DNA of 7,524 nucleotides from Candidatus Iainarchaeum sp. (GTDB lineage Archaea > Iainarchaeota > Iainarchaeia > Iainarchaeales > GCA-2688035). Numbering within the stretch: the first letter of the stretch is position 1; each line of letters begins with the position of its first letter. The position numbers and the translations under genes are program-made. The notes beneath the pieces are model-generated. The model worked only from the letters and a program-made list of their open reading frames with translations, ran no database searches and was not told the origin of the DNA. The DNA lies in the NCBI GenBank assembly GCA_028713935.1, contig JAQTNI010000029.1, positions 1-7,524 of the forward strand. Reading direction: 5' to 3'. Shown piece by piece: positions 1 through 6,470 of this stretch.

Positions 1-51
1 CCAAAGCGCATCAGGTATGCGCCAACCATCCTCTTTTGTTATAAGTCCCAT
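1..51 (-). CDS. Possible 5' end of a gene running off the left edge (MGLITKEDGWRIPDALW...); product unknown
   Basis: ATG at 51..49 on the - strand. In-frame TAG at 63..61 just upstream. AGGAG lies 6 nt before the ATG (reverse complement of 52..66 = GGGTAGGAGACTCAC). The frame is open to position 1. Only 17 codons are visible. The string W-R-I-P-D-A-L-W faintly recalls the N-termini of DUF4096/IS5-type transposases, but that is far too short to call. Confidence 0.3.
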   Translation of the reverse strand, partial: MGLITKEDGWRIPDALW

Positions 52-161
52 GTGAGTCTCCTACCCACTCACTCCCAACAAAAGAGAAACAAACTTCTAT
101 ATTAGTCTAACGGGACGGGCTCTAAGTTACTTGTACCCATTTATGTATAAATACTTTTCGA

Positions 162-914
162 TTATGTTTTTGCTGGCACTGGCAGCTGCAGGAAAAAAAT
201 AATGTAAATCAGTATCAGAATCAGGATTATTGTTATGAGCCATTTGTTTAACAGGATTTTGCGCAGCAAGCTGCTGCCTGCAATTGTTTTTCCTGTTTCA
301 ATAGAGTATTTTCCCCATGTTTTTGGGCTTTTTAATTCGTAAATTGTTTCTTTTGTTATTTCCATCAGGCCTTTTTTTCTTTCTGGGATTTCTTCTTCTC
401 CAAAAACCATGCCATTTGTTCCTGATACCTGCAGTTCAAAGTTTCCTTCCGCAACTTCAATTCCAATTATCCACATTGGATGGTAAATCATTTGCATTTG
501 GGTTGTTATAATGTTTCTTGTGTGCAACCCGAGAAAAGACGCTGTTTTTATTGCGGCTATTTTTTCCGCTTCTTTCTGGTTCATTGAAGGGCGTTCAACT
601 TCAATCGGCGCATTCGGGGTTTTTCTTGTCAGTTCCATTCCTTCAAGCTCTTCGGAAACTTCCTCGTCTATTTCCGCGCTTGTTGCGTCGAGCGCAAGCC
701 TTCCGCGCTGGGTTTCAGAAATTTTTTTTTCGCCGTCTTCTGTTTTTTCCTCAAAGAAAGCGTCGTAAAAAAAAATGTAATATGGCACGTAAGAAAGAGT
801 TATGTCTGATTGCTTGAATTCGTGCCAGTTTTTTTTCTTAAGTACTTCTGAAACCAGTTTTTTTACTTCTTCTAATCCAAAGGATAATGAAAAAGAAGGC
901 TTGCCTAGGTACAT
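162..914 (-). CDS. Hypothetical tail-anchored membrane protein (250 aa) with an internal tandem duplication; family not recognised
   Basis: ATG at 914..912, TAA at 164..162. Starts 13 nt downstream of the sepF stop on the same strand. No N-terminal signal peptide (MYLGKPSFSLSFG...). One C-terminal hydrophobic helix, WLITIILILILIYIIFFLQ (residues ~225-243, nt 186..242), is preceded by basic RKILLNK, giving a predicted N-in tail anchor. Two similar modules (residues ~11-85 and ~110-176) each run helix, then hydrophobic hairpin, then acidic tail. No cysteines. Confidence 0.8.
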   Translation of the reverse strand: MYLGKPSFSLSFGLEEVKKLVSEVLKKKNWHEFKQSDITLSYVPYYIFFYDAFFEEKTEDGEKKISETQRGRLALDATSAEIDEEVSEELEGMELTRKTPNAPIEVERPSMNQKEAEKIAAIKTASFLGLHTRNIITTQMQMIYHPMWIIGIEVAEGNFELQVSGTNGMVFGEEEIPERKKGLMEITKETIYELKSPKTWGKYSIETGKTIAGSSLLRKILLNKWLITIILILILIYIIFFLQLPVPAKT

Positions 915-927
915 TTTTTACCGCACT

Positions 928-1287
928 TTATAAGGCGCCTTTCTTTTTGACAATTTTAACGTTTGCAGGTGTTACAATTACCCTGTCCTGGCTTATTCTT
1001 GCTATGTCGCCGTTGATTCCTTCAACGCCGGATTTTACCTGCCCAATGAATTCCTTGAGCTTTGCAGCGTTTCTCTTGTTCAAATCGCCAATGTTCAGCA
1101 AGAGAACGTTTCCCGCTTTTGCTTCGTTCATTATTGTTTCAACGTCTTCCGCCCTGTTCAAATTGAATGATTTCACATAGGCATCCGCGTTTTCATATGC
1201 TGTTTCGTCTTCAACATCGATGTTGTTCAGCACTTCCTCTATGTCGACATCGTCGCTCCTTTTCAAAACTTTTTCCAAAAAAGCCAT
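928..1287 (-). CDS. sepF: Cell division protein SepF (FtsZ-binding membrane anchor, DUF552 family)
   Basis: The core YVKSFNLNRAEDVETIMNEAKAGNVLLLNIGDLNKRNAAKLKEFIGQVKSGVEGINGDIARISQDRVIVTPANVKIV aligns by eye with the bacterial/archaeal SepF core (...VVNL...A.R..DFL.G.....GGDI.RI....FL.TP.NV.V). The size (~119 aa) fits archaeal SepF. The N-terminus MAFLEKVLKR is amphipathic, consistent with a membrane-targeting helix. The ORF-track start at 1296 is GTG. I prefer ATG 1287..1285 because GGGGTG sits 6 nt upstream of it (reverse complement of 1288..1300 = TGGGGTGAAAAAA). Confidence 0.88.
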   Translation of the reverse strand: MAFLEKVLKRSDDVDIEEVLNNIDVEDETAYENADAYVKSFNLNRAEDVETIMNEAKAGNVLLLNIGDLNKRNAAKLKEFIGQVKSGVEGINGDIARISQDRVIVTPANVKIVKKKGAL

Positions 1288-1320
1288 TTTTTTCACCCCA
1301 AATTAAAATTTAATCTGCAA

Positions 1321-1336
1321 ATTTTATAATATATTC
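1321..1336 (-). promoter_or_regulatory. Candidate TATA-box region for the sepF operon
   Basis: On the - strand the region reads GAATATATTATAAAAT, an A/T-only TATA-like element ~35-50 nt upstream of the sepF ATG. That would give a short leader containing the GGTG motif. The exact TTTAAATA at 1351..1358 is an alternative and could serve either strand. There is no transcript evidence. Confidence 0.3.
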
Positions 1337-1471
1337 CCCTATGCCAACAATTTAAATACTTAGCGCAGAAAAATCCTTTTTTATTGCATCCAAAAATAAA
1401 AAAATTTTGAATTGCCTTCAGTTAAAAAATTATTTTTTTGGGATTTTTTTTTCTTTGCATTTTCTTTCCGT

Positions 1472-1482
1472 TTCCGCAAATC
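1472..1482 (+). repeat. Copy 1 of the 11-nt direct repeat TTCCGCAAATC (candidate Orc1-binding/ORB-like element)
   Basis: Exact match to 1541..1551. On the - strand the context reads GATTTGCGGAAACGGAAAGAAA. Its GGAAACG..AAA core resembles, from memory, the GGAAAC(G)AAA part of archaeal origin recognition boxes. The repeat is seen directly; its function is inferred. Confidence 0.85.
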
Positions 1483-1540
1483 TGTTTCCTTTTCCGGATT
1501 TTTGTTTAGAAACCGAATTTTATTAGCGGAATTGGTTTGC

Positions 1541-1551
1541 TTCCGCAAATC
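1541..1551 (+). repeat. Copy 2 of the 11-nt direct repeat TTCCGCAAATC
   Basis: Exact match to 1472..1482, 69 nt downstream of copy 1. The - strand context is GATTTGCGGAAGCAAACC. My rough estimate of a chance 11-mer pair within a 363-nt spacer is about 0.015. Confidence 0.85.
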
Positions 1552-1659
1552 AATCTTTTTTTATTAAACCTATGCCGTAATACTACTGCAATAATTTTTT
1601 TGCATTTTTTTCTATTTGCGCAGCAAAAACTTTTTTGCTTGTGTTGGTGGGGTGTTGTA

Positions 1660-2943
1660 ATGCAGGGTTCTATTGGGCAGTCTGGTTCTGTTTTCAGAAA
1701 TTCGGGTGCTGGCATTGTTCCATCTGCAGAAATTGCAAATGTCCAGAAAAACATTTTTGAAAGTGTCATGCAAAAGCCGACTGTTTTTAAGGACAGGAAT
1801 GCAATCAGCCCGCATTTTACGCCAAGCACTCTTCCTTTTCGGGAAAAGCAGATTTCAGATGTTTCACAAATCCTGGGCATTGCATTGCAGGGCAAAAAGC
1901 CTGACAATCTTTTTGTTTACGGGAAAGTGGGAACTGGAAAAACCTGCACAGTAAAGTTTGTTCTCCAGCAGTGCGAGTCTTTTTCATTGCAGAACAACGG
2001 TTCTGCTGAAACAACTTATGTGAATTGCCGCACCCATAACAGCAAGTACAAGGTTTTGCTTTCCGCTCTTAGAAAATTTTTTCCTGACCAGAATTTCATG
2101 GGCTTTGGCTCTTCTTTTGTTTTGGAAAAGCTTCTTGAATATTGCAGGCAGAACAAGAGGCACATAATAATTGCGCTTGATGAAATTGACCAGGTAAAAG
2201 ACCTTGATGAGCTTGTTTATTCGCTTACAAGGGCAAATGATGAACTGCATGAATGCAGCATTTCAATTGTAGGCATTAGCAACAATGTCCTGTTTAAGGA
2301 CAGGCTTGACAGCAGGACAAAAAGTGCCTTGTGCGGCCAGGAAATGGTTTTCCCTCCTTATAATGCAAAGGAACTGAGGCAGATTTTATTGGAAAGGCTT
2401 CCGCTTGCTTTCAAGGAAAGCGTTGTAGATGAGGCAGCAGTTAACCTTGCTTCCGCAATTGCTGCAAGGGAGTCTGGAGATGCAAGGACAGCAGTAATGC
2501 TTTTGCTGCGTGCAGGAGAACTTGCAGAAAAAAACAATTCTTCAAAAATCACTGACCTGGATATTATAAAGGCAAGAAAGCAGGTTGAAGAAGAAATAAT
2601 TTTCAGCATGATTTCCACTTTGCCAATTGACGAGCAGCTTGTCCTGTTTGCTGTTTCTTCGCTTTCAAAGGACAAAAAAGGCACAAAGAGAATTACTGGC
2701 ATTGATGAGAATGTCTTGTTTTCAGGCGATGTTTATGATGAATATGTGCGGATTGCCTCTTCTTTGAAAGAAAATGTTGTTTCAGCACGCTGGTACCGCG
2801 AATACATTTCCCAGCTTGAAATGCATGGCCTGATTATCACAACCCAAAGCGGAAAAGGAATAAGAGGCTCAACACGCCTCATAAAGCTCGCATATGATTC
2901 TGAAAAAATCTTTGACGCAATGAAAAAAGAAATATTCAAATAA
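1660..2943 (+). CDS. orc1: Orc1/Cdc6 replication initiator (AAA+ ATPase with C-terminal winged helix), 427 aa from the preferred start
   Basis: Walker A GKVGTGKT. Walker B IIALDEID. Sensor-1-like IVGISNN. Sensor-2 GDARTAVMLLLRAGELA. N-terminal LPFREKQI motif. Winged-helix-like C-terminus (LPIDEQLVLFAV...YREYISQLEMHGLIIT). The ORF-track start at 1537 is TTG and adds 41 hydrophobic, Cys/Phe-rich codons that overlap the repeat elements. ATG 1660 is preceded by GGTGGGGTG (1647..1655). ATG 1768 is a less likely alternative because it would remove the conserved NIFESV segment. Confidence 0.93.
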   Translation: MQGSIGQSGSVFRNSGAGIVPSAEIANVQKNIFESVMQKPTVFKDRNAISPHFTPSTLPFREKQISDVSQILGIALQGKKPDNLFVYGKVGTGKTCTVKFVLQQCESFSLQNNGSAETTYVNCRTHNSKYKVLLSALRKFFPDQNFMGFGSSFVLEKLLEYCRQNKRHIIIALDEIDQVKDLDELVYSLTRANDELHECSISIVGISNNVLFKDRLDSRTKSALCGQEMVFPPYNAKELRQILLERLPLAFKESVVDEAAVNLASAIAARESGDARTAVMLLLRAGELAEKNNSSKITDLDIIKARKQVEEEIIFSMISTLPIDEQLVLFAVSSLSKDKKGTKRITGIDENVLFSGDVYDEYVRIASSLKENVVSARWYREYISQLEMHGLIITTQSGKGIRGSTRLIKLAYDSEKIFDAMKKEIFK

Positions 2944-2953
2944 TCTGCGCTTC

Positions 2954-2980
2954 CAATTTGCGAAGCAAATTGCTCTTTTT
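2954..2980 (+). terminator. Hairpin plus T-run, candidate orc1 terminator
   Basis: Perfect 8-bp inverted repeat CAATTTGC (2954..2961) / GCAAATTG (2965..2972) with a 3-nt loop GAA. It is followed by CTCTTTTT (T5 at 2976..2980), 11 nt after the orc1 stop. Oligo-T tracts are the known archaeal termination signal. Confidence 0.5.
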
Positions 2981-2986
2981 CCAAGG

Positions 2987-3006
2987 TTTTTCTCTTTAGA
3001 GAAAAA
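2987..3006 (-). terminator. Hairpin with T-run, candidate polC (DP2) terminator
   Basis: On the - strand, directly after the DP2 stop (3011..3009): GC TTTTTCTC TAAA GAGAAAAA. This is a perfect 8-bp stem (2987..2994 / 2999..3006) with a 4-nt loop, and T5 immediately follows the stop. The same element gives a second T5 run on the + strand for orc1. Confidence 0.4.
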
Positions 3007-3008
3007 GC

Positions 3009-6000
3009 TTATGCAAATTCCAATAATCTTTTTTGTTCCTGCTTGTCGCTTTTGAATACTGAGTCTATTTCTTTTGTTGCAAGGTCCAATCTTTGTTTTA
3101 AGTAATTTCCCAGTTCGTATGTCACTGCTATTTGTTTTGCTATTTCAAGGTATTTTCTTACTGAACCCTGTGCAATTGTAAGGATTATGTTTCCCTTGTC
3201 GCACTGGTTGCATTGCCCTGTAAGCGGGATTCTTCTGTATCTCGTGTTGCAGTTTGTGCACCTGAATGTTTGCTTTGAAAATGCCCTTGTGTTTCCTATT
3301 ATATCGGGCATGAAATGTGAAACCATTACTCTTTCAAGGGCGTCTTTTCCATCAACTGCTGCAATCATGTTTTGCAGTTTTGCCTGGCTCTTGATTTTTT
3401 CTTCCATGCTTCCCAATACAATGTATTTGCTCATTTTTGGGCCTGCATCAAATTCAGTTGTTTTGTGTGTAAATCCCAATCCTGAATACTGGCTTTTTTT
3501 TCCAAGCCTGTTTTCAACTCTTTCAAGGTTTTTTATGTCCGGAGGCAATAATTTTTGCGCATTTTCATACAATTCAAGGGGGTATTGCCAGCAGGTTTCC
3601 ATGTTGTAAACTTCGTCGTCAATTTCACTCGGTCTTAATGCAACTGTAAAAACAAGCGGTGCATCCATTCTTCCCCCCCTTGAACCAGGCAGATAGGAAT
3701 GAGAAAAATTCAGGAGCCCGTCCATTAGCAGCATCAATGAATCCTGGTCTCCATCAATGTTTCTTCTTTTTGTCTGGTGAAAATAAGGGTGTGCAAAGCA
3801 GGCCCTTGCTTTTGTAAAGCCGATTATTCTTCCCACAATTGCAGCTGAAGTGTGGGGGGCAAGCGCAAGCATGAGTTCCCCAATCAGTTCCTGCCTTGAA
3901 TTGTAATTGAAAAAATGTTCCTGCTTGTAAAACCTTGCCAAAAGATCATCAATGAATTTTGTTATTTTCAAAAAAAATTCTCCGCAGGATTCCGGAATTA
4001 TTATGTCCTGCGGCATTAATTCAAGCAACTGTTCAGAATTTTCAAGCTGTTTGCCTTCAATGTCTTTTTCATAGCCAAGCTCTCTTGCCTTTTCAATGCT
4101 TAATTCTATTTCTTTTGGCTTGAAATGCGTGACAGGCGCATTAATCGCCTCATACCTTATTGTTGCATCCCGAAAAACATGCAAATCGTATTTTGCACGC
4201 AAAAACCCTTTTTCAATTGGCTCAGGAGTCTTGTTTTTGTTAATCATTCCTTTTACGCCTTTTACAAGTTCCGGCATTTTCATTCCAAGCTTTTTGCTTG
4301 CCGCTGCAATTATTTCATCAAGCCTGATTGTCCTTTTTGAAAAAGAAACAGTTTCTGCCTTGCAGGCAGGGCAGTGCTCTTCTCTTGTTTCCCTGCCGCA
4401 TTTTGGGCAGACCTTTACTTTTACTCCTCTTTCCCCGCAATCAGTGCAAAACTGCCCCTCCAAAACCTTTCTGCATTTGGGGCAGCGGAACAATGCAATC
4501 TGCACTTCTATTCTCCCTGGATTGTTTTTGTTTGATTCAACTGCCTTATTGATGGACCTTGTGTTTCCGCCTGCAGCCCCAATTGGAAACAAAACATGCG
4601 GATTCCCAATCATCTTGCGGGGGCGGCTTGCTTCAGGCCTTCCCATTCTTGTGCCAATAAAAGTTCCGCATTTGTCCCTTATTATCAAACCACTCAATTC
4701 GTTCAGGGCTTCAATAACACTGTTTTTTTCGCTGATTATTTTTTCAAAATTTTTTTCAGAATCCAATGCAAGTGTTTTTTGCAGTGCAAGGAAATGGCTT
4801 TCCGCAATTACAATTTTTTTGTCCAATATTTTGTGCAAACAGCCAATTTTTTCCAGCAATTCTTTTTTTTCAGGCAGGTTTTCAAGTTCCAATCCTTTTT
4901 CAAATTTTTTTCCTGTTTTAAGGAATTTTATCAGTCCAACCAACTCGCTTTTCTGCAATGCATTGTAATAAAAAAGCGCCTTTGGAGCAAGCGGAATCCC
5001 GAATTTTTCAGAAAATTCAATTGCCTTTTCAATTGACATTGTTTCCGGCTTTTCAATGAACCCAGCCAATTGCTTTGCTTCAGGATTTTTTTCCAAGGCT
5101 TTTTCAATTTCCCTTGCAAACCATTCTTCACAGTAACCTGCAGGAATAAGTGAATGCGCAGAATGCCGAAAGTCCCCAACACAAACAAGAATGTCGCCCA
5201 AAAACAAAAGCCTTTCCAGCTTGTTTTTCAATTGCTTTGCTTCTTCCAAAGAGCCTGCCTGCACAACATCGCCATTAACAAGCCTGATAATTGGCCCTTC
5301 TATTCCATCAACAGGGCACATTCCAGCTGCCTTTCCAGGCCTTTCAACTTTTATCTGTGTGCCAACAGCAATAAATTCATCCAGCAAGTGCATTGTTGCA
5401 GGATGCACTCCTTTTCCCATTATGCCAGTATTTCTCGCTCTGCCGTATCTCAGCCTGAATCCGCCTATCCTGCTTGGATAAGAAAAAACAGGCCTTCCTG
5501 CAGCCATTCCTTCCAAAAATTTTTCAAGCGGCTCCAATTGTATTTTTCCGGATTCCGATTTTCCTACTTGTATTATTCCTTCAAGCCAGCTCCAATCCAG
5601 ATTCAAAATTTTTGCAAACTGCAAAATTTTTCTTGCCTTCAAGGCAATTCCTTCGCTGATAACAAGGCACATTCCCCCTCTCACTTTGTTTGTAGGAATT
5701 CTTTGCAAATTCCTGTGAACAGCAACTTCCCTGTCTTCTGTTGGCTCTCCATTAATGCAGACAGTGCAGCCCTGAATTATTTTTCTAACTTCTTCGTCCT
5801 TGATTTTGTACTGCCTGCTCATTATTTCATTGTAAATCACGCATTCCTCAACATACCTTTCAATTTCATCCTGAGTAGGCTTATACCTGTCAAGCCCAAG
5901 TAAAATTCTCCCATAATCTCCTAAAATCAGCGGGAATACTGTTGCTGTTCCGCCAGCTGCCCTTATCGGGCCTGCATAATAAATGTCAACAAATTTGCTT

Positions 6001-6425
6001 CCATCGGGATTTGAACTAATCTTGATTTCTGGCACCCCATCAAGAGGAGCAACAACAACTCCTTCAGTAATCAGCACAAGCCCTGTCTTGATTGCCTGTT
6101 CAAGCCTTTTTTCAGGATTCTCTATTTTGCACCATTTTTGTTCAATTATCTCTTTAAAAATCTGGAAAATTGTCCTTATCCTGTCGCCGTCATGCTCTAG
6201 CAGGCATTCCCTGTAACGAGAAGCAATTCCAACTGGCCCGACAATTGTTTCTGTCCTGTCAGCCAGGTCCTGCACTGGAATTGTTTCAACGCTTGTGCTT
6301 GCATCAAAGCCCTTTTCCTTTGCAGCAGAAGCAATGTCAAACTGCTTCATTGACTTTTCCACAAGCGCCTCATAATATTTCATGATATGCGGCTCTGCTT
6401 CAAAATCCAGTTTTATACGAGACAT
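3009..6425 (-). CDS. polC: DNA polymerase D (DNA polymerase II) large catalytic subunit DP2, 1138 aa, no intein
   Basis: The N-terminus (YYEALVEKSMKQFDIASAAKEKGFDASTSVETIPVQDLADRTETIVGPVGI) is typical of DP2. Acidic catalytic motif KRRNIDGDQDSLMLLMDGLLNFS, with RRNIDGDQD encoded at 3741..3767. Paired CxxC zinc modules (CPKCRKVLEGQFCTDC...CPKCGRETREEHCPAC). C-terminal zinc module FRCTNCNTRYRRIPLTGQCNQCDKG. ATG at 6425..6423, TAA at 3011..3009. The length is in the usual intein-free DP2 range. Confidence 0.95.
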   Translation of the reverse strand: MSRIKLDFEAEPHIMKYYEALVEKSMKQFDIASAAKEKGFDASTSVETIPVQDLADRTETIVGPVGIASRYRECLLEHDGDRIRTIFQIFKEIIEQKWCKIENPEKRLEQAIKTGLVLITEGVVVAPLDGVPEIKISSNPDGSKFVDIYYAGPIRAAGGTATVFPLILGDYGRILLGLDRYKPTQDEIERYVEECVIYNEIMSRQYKIKDEEVRKIIQGCTVCINGEPTEDREVAVHRNLQRIPTNKVRGGMCLVISEGIALKARKILQFAKILNLDWSWLEGIIQVGKSESGKIQLEPLEKFLEGMAAGRPVFSYPSRIGGFRLRYGRARNTGIMGKGVHPATMHLLDEFIAVGTQIKVERPGKAAGMCPVDGIEGPIIRLVNGDVVQAGSLEEAKQLKNKLERLLFLGDILVCVGDFRHSAHSLIPAGYCEEWFAREIEKALEKNPEAKQLAGFIEKPETMSIEKAIEFSEKFGIPLAPKALFYYNALQKSELVGLIKFLKTGKKFEKGLELENLPEKKELLEKIGCLHKILDKKIVIAESHFLALQKTLALDSEKNFEKIISEKNSVIEALNELSGLIIRDKCGTFIGTRMGRPEASRPRKMIGNPHVLFPIGAAGGNTRSINKAVESNKNNPGRIEVQIALFRCPKCRKVLEGQFCTDCGERGVKVKVCPKCGRETREEHCPACKAETVSFSKRTIRLDEIIAAASKKLGMKMPELVKGVKGMINKNKTPEPIEKGFLRAKYDLHVFRDATIRYEAINAPVTHFKPKEIELSIEKARELGYEKDIEGKQLENSEQLLELMPQDIIIPESCGEFFLKITKFIDDLLARFYKQEHFFNYNSRQELIGELMLALAPHTSAAIVGRIIGFTKARACFAHPYFHQTKRRNIDGDQDSLMLLMDGLLNFSHSYLPGSRGGRMDAPLVFTVALRPSEIDDEVYNMETCWQYPLELYENAQKLLPPDIKNLERVENRLGKKSQYSGLGFTHKTTEFDAGPKMSKYIVLGSMEEKIKSQAKLQNMIAAVDGKDALERVMVSHFMPDIIGNTRAFSKQTFRCTNCNTRYRRIPLTGQCNQCDKGNIILTIAQGSVRKYLEIAKQIAVTYELGNYLKQRLDLATKEIDSVFKSDKQEQKRLLEFA

Positions 6426-6443
6426 TCAAACCCAACCAACAAG

Positions 6444-6470
6444 TTTTTTTAATTTTAAAAATTAAATAAT
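6444..6470 (-). promoter_or_regulatory. A/T-only tract: candidate polC promoter (TATA-like), and a T-run terminator for the upstream RM-like gene
   Basis: 27 consecutive A/T positions. The - strand reads ATTATTTAATTTTTAAAATTAAAAAAA, lying 19-46 nt upstream of the DP2 ATG, which would give a very short leader. It contains T5 directly after the upstream gene's TGA (6473..6471). There is no transcript evidence. Confidence 0.3.

Larger units (their letters stand above)
1297..1659. other. Putative replication origin (oriC-like) spacer between divergent sepF and orc1/cdc6
   Basis: Largest non-coding spacer in the window (363 nt), directly upstream of orc1/cdc6. Long A/T tracts at ~1381-1460, including T9 at 1444..1452. 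A cluster of four TTTCC motifs at 1465-1495. Exact 11-nt direct repeat TTCCGCAAATC (x2). Exact 10-nt direct repeat TTTGCATTTT (1454..1463, 1599..1608). Inverted partial copy ATTTGCG at 1614..1620. The origin assignment rests on the well-known placement of archaeal origins next to orc1/cdc6. Confidence 0.45.

Noticed and set aside
722-775. Two 9-nt homopolymer runs (T9 at 722..730, A9 at 767..775) inside the 162..914 gene, considered as slippage or phase-variation sites or as frameshift errors
   Set aside because: The reading frame is intact across both (they encode GEKKI and IFFY). Such runs are expected in an AT-rich genome, and similar tracts occur in polC. There is no evidence of a disrupted frame.
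317-1180. + strand ORFs (317..511, 511..768, 518..817, 887..1180) antisense to the membrane-protein gene and sepF
   Set aside because: They are shadow ORFs opposite better-supported genes. Their translations are F/L/S-rich with no motifs.
1338-1576. 8-nt direct repeat CCTATGCC at 1338..1345 and 1569..1576 in the putative origin spacer
   Set aside because: By my rough estimate, about one chance 8-mer pair is expected in a 363-nt region, so this is not significant on its own.
1537-1659. TTG-initiated 41-codon N-terminal extension of orc1/cdc6 in the ORF track
   Set aside because: The extension (MLPQINLFLLNLCRNTTAIIFLHFFLFAQQKLFCLCWWGVV) is hydrophobic, unlike any Orc1 N-terminus, and overlaps the repeat and A/T-tract region. 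The ATG at 1660 has a GGTG-type motif upstream and gives a normal-length protein.
1506-1907. 133-aa - strand ORF spanning the spacer and the 5' end of orc1, plus the smaller ORFs at 1612..1815, 1673..1954, 1817..2014, 1984..2250, 2358..2702 and 2733..2984
   Set aside because: All overlap the well-supported orc1 gene in other frames or on the other strand. They have Cys/Phe/Lys-rich low-complexity translations and no recognisable domains.
3741-3767. The DP2 catalytic motif reads NIDGDQD rather than the NCDGDED form I remember from Pyrococcus
   Set aside because: All three aspartates of the D-x-D-x-D triad are retained and the flanking KRRN...MLL context is intact, so there is no reason to suspect inactivation. 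My recollection of the reference motif cannot be verified here.
4096-5903. Long + strand ORFs (290 aa at 4096..4968, 146 aa at 4596..5036, 249 aa at 5154..5903) antisense to polC
   Set aside because: They lie entirely inside the confidently recognised DP2 gene on the other strand. Their translations are low-complexity and rich in F, L, S and C, with no recognisable motifs and no ribosome-binding motif or promoter context. They look like typical shadow ORFs of an A-rich (Lys/Glu-rich) coding strand.
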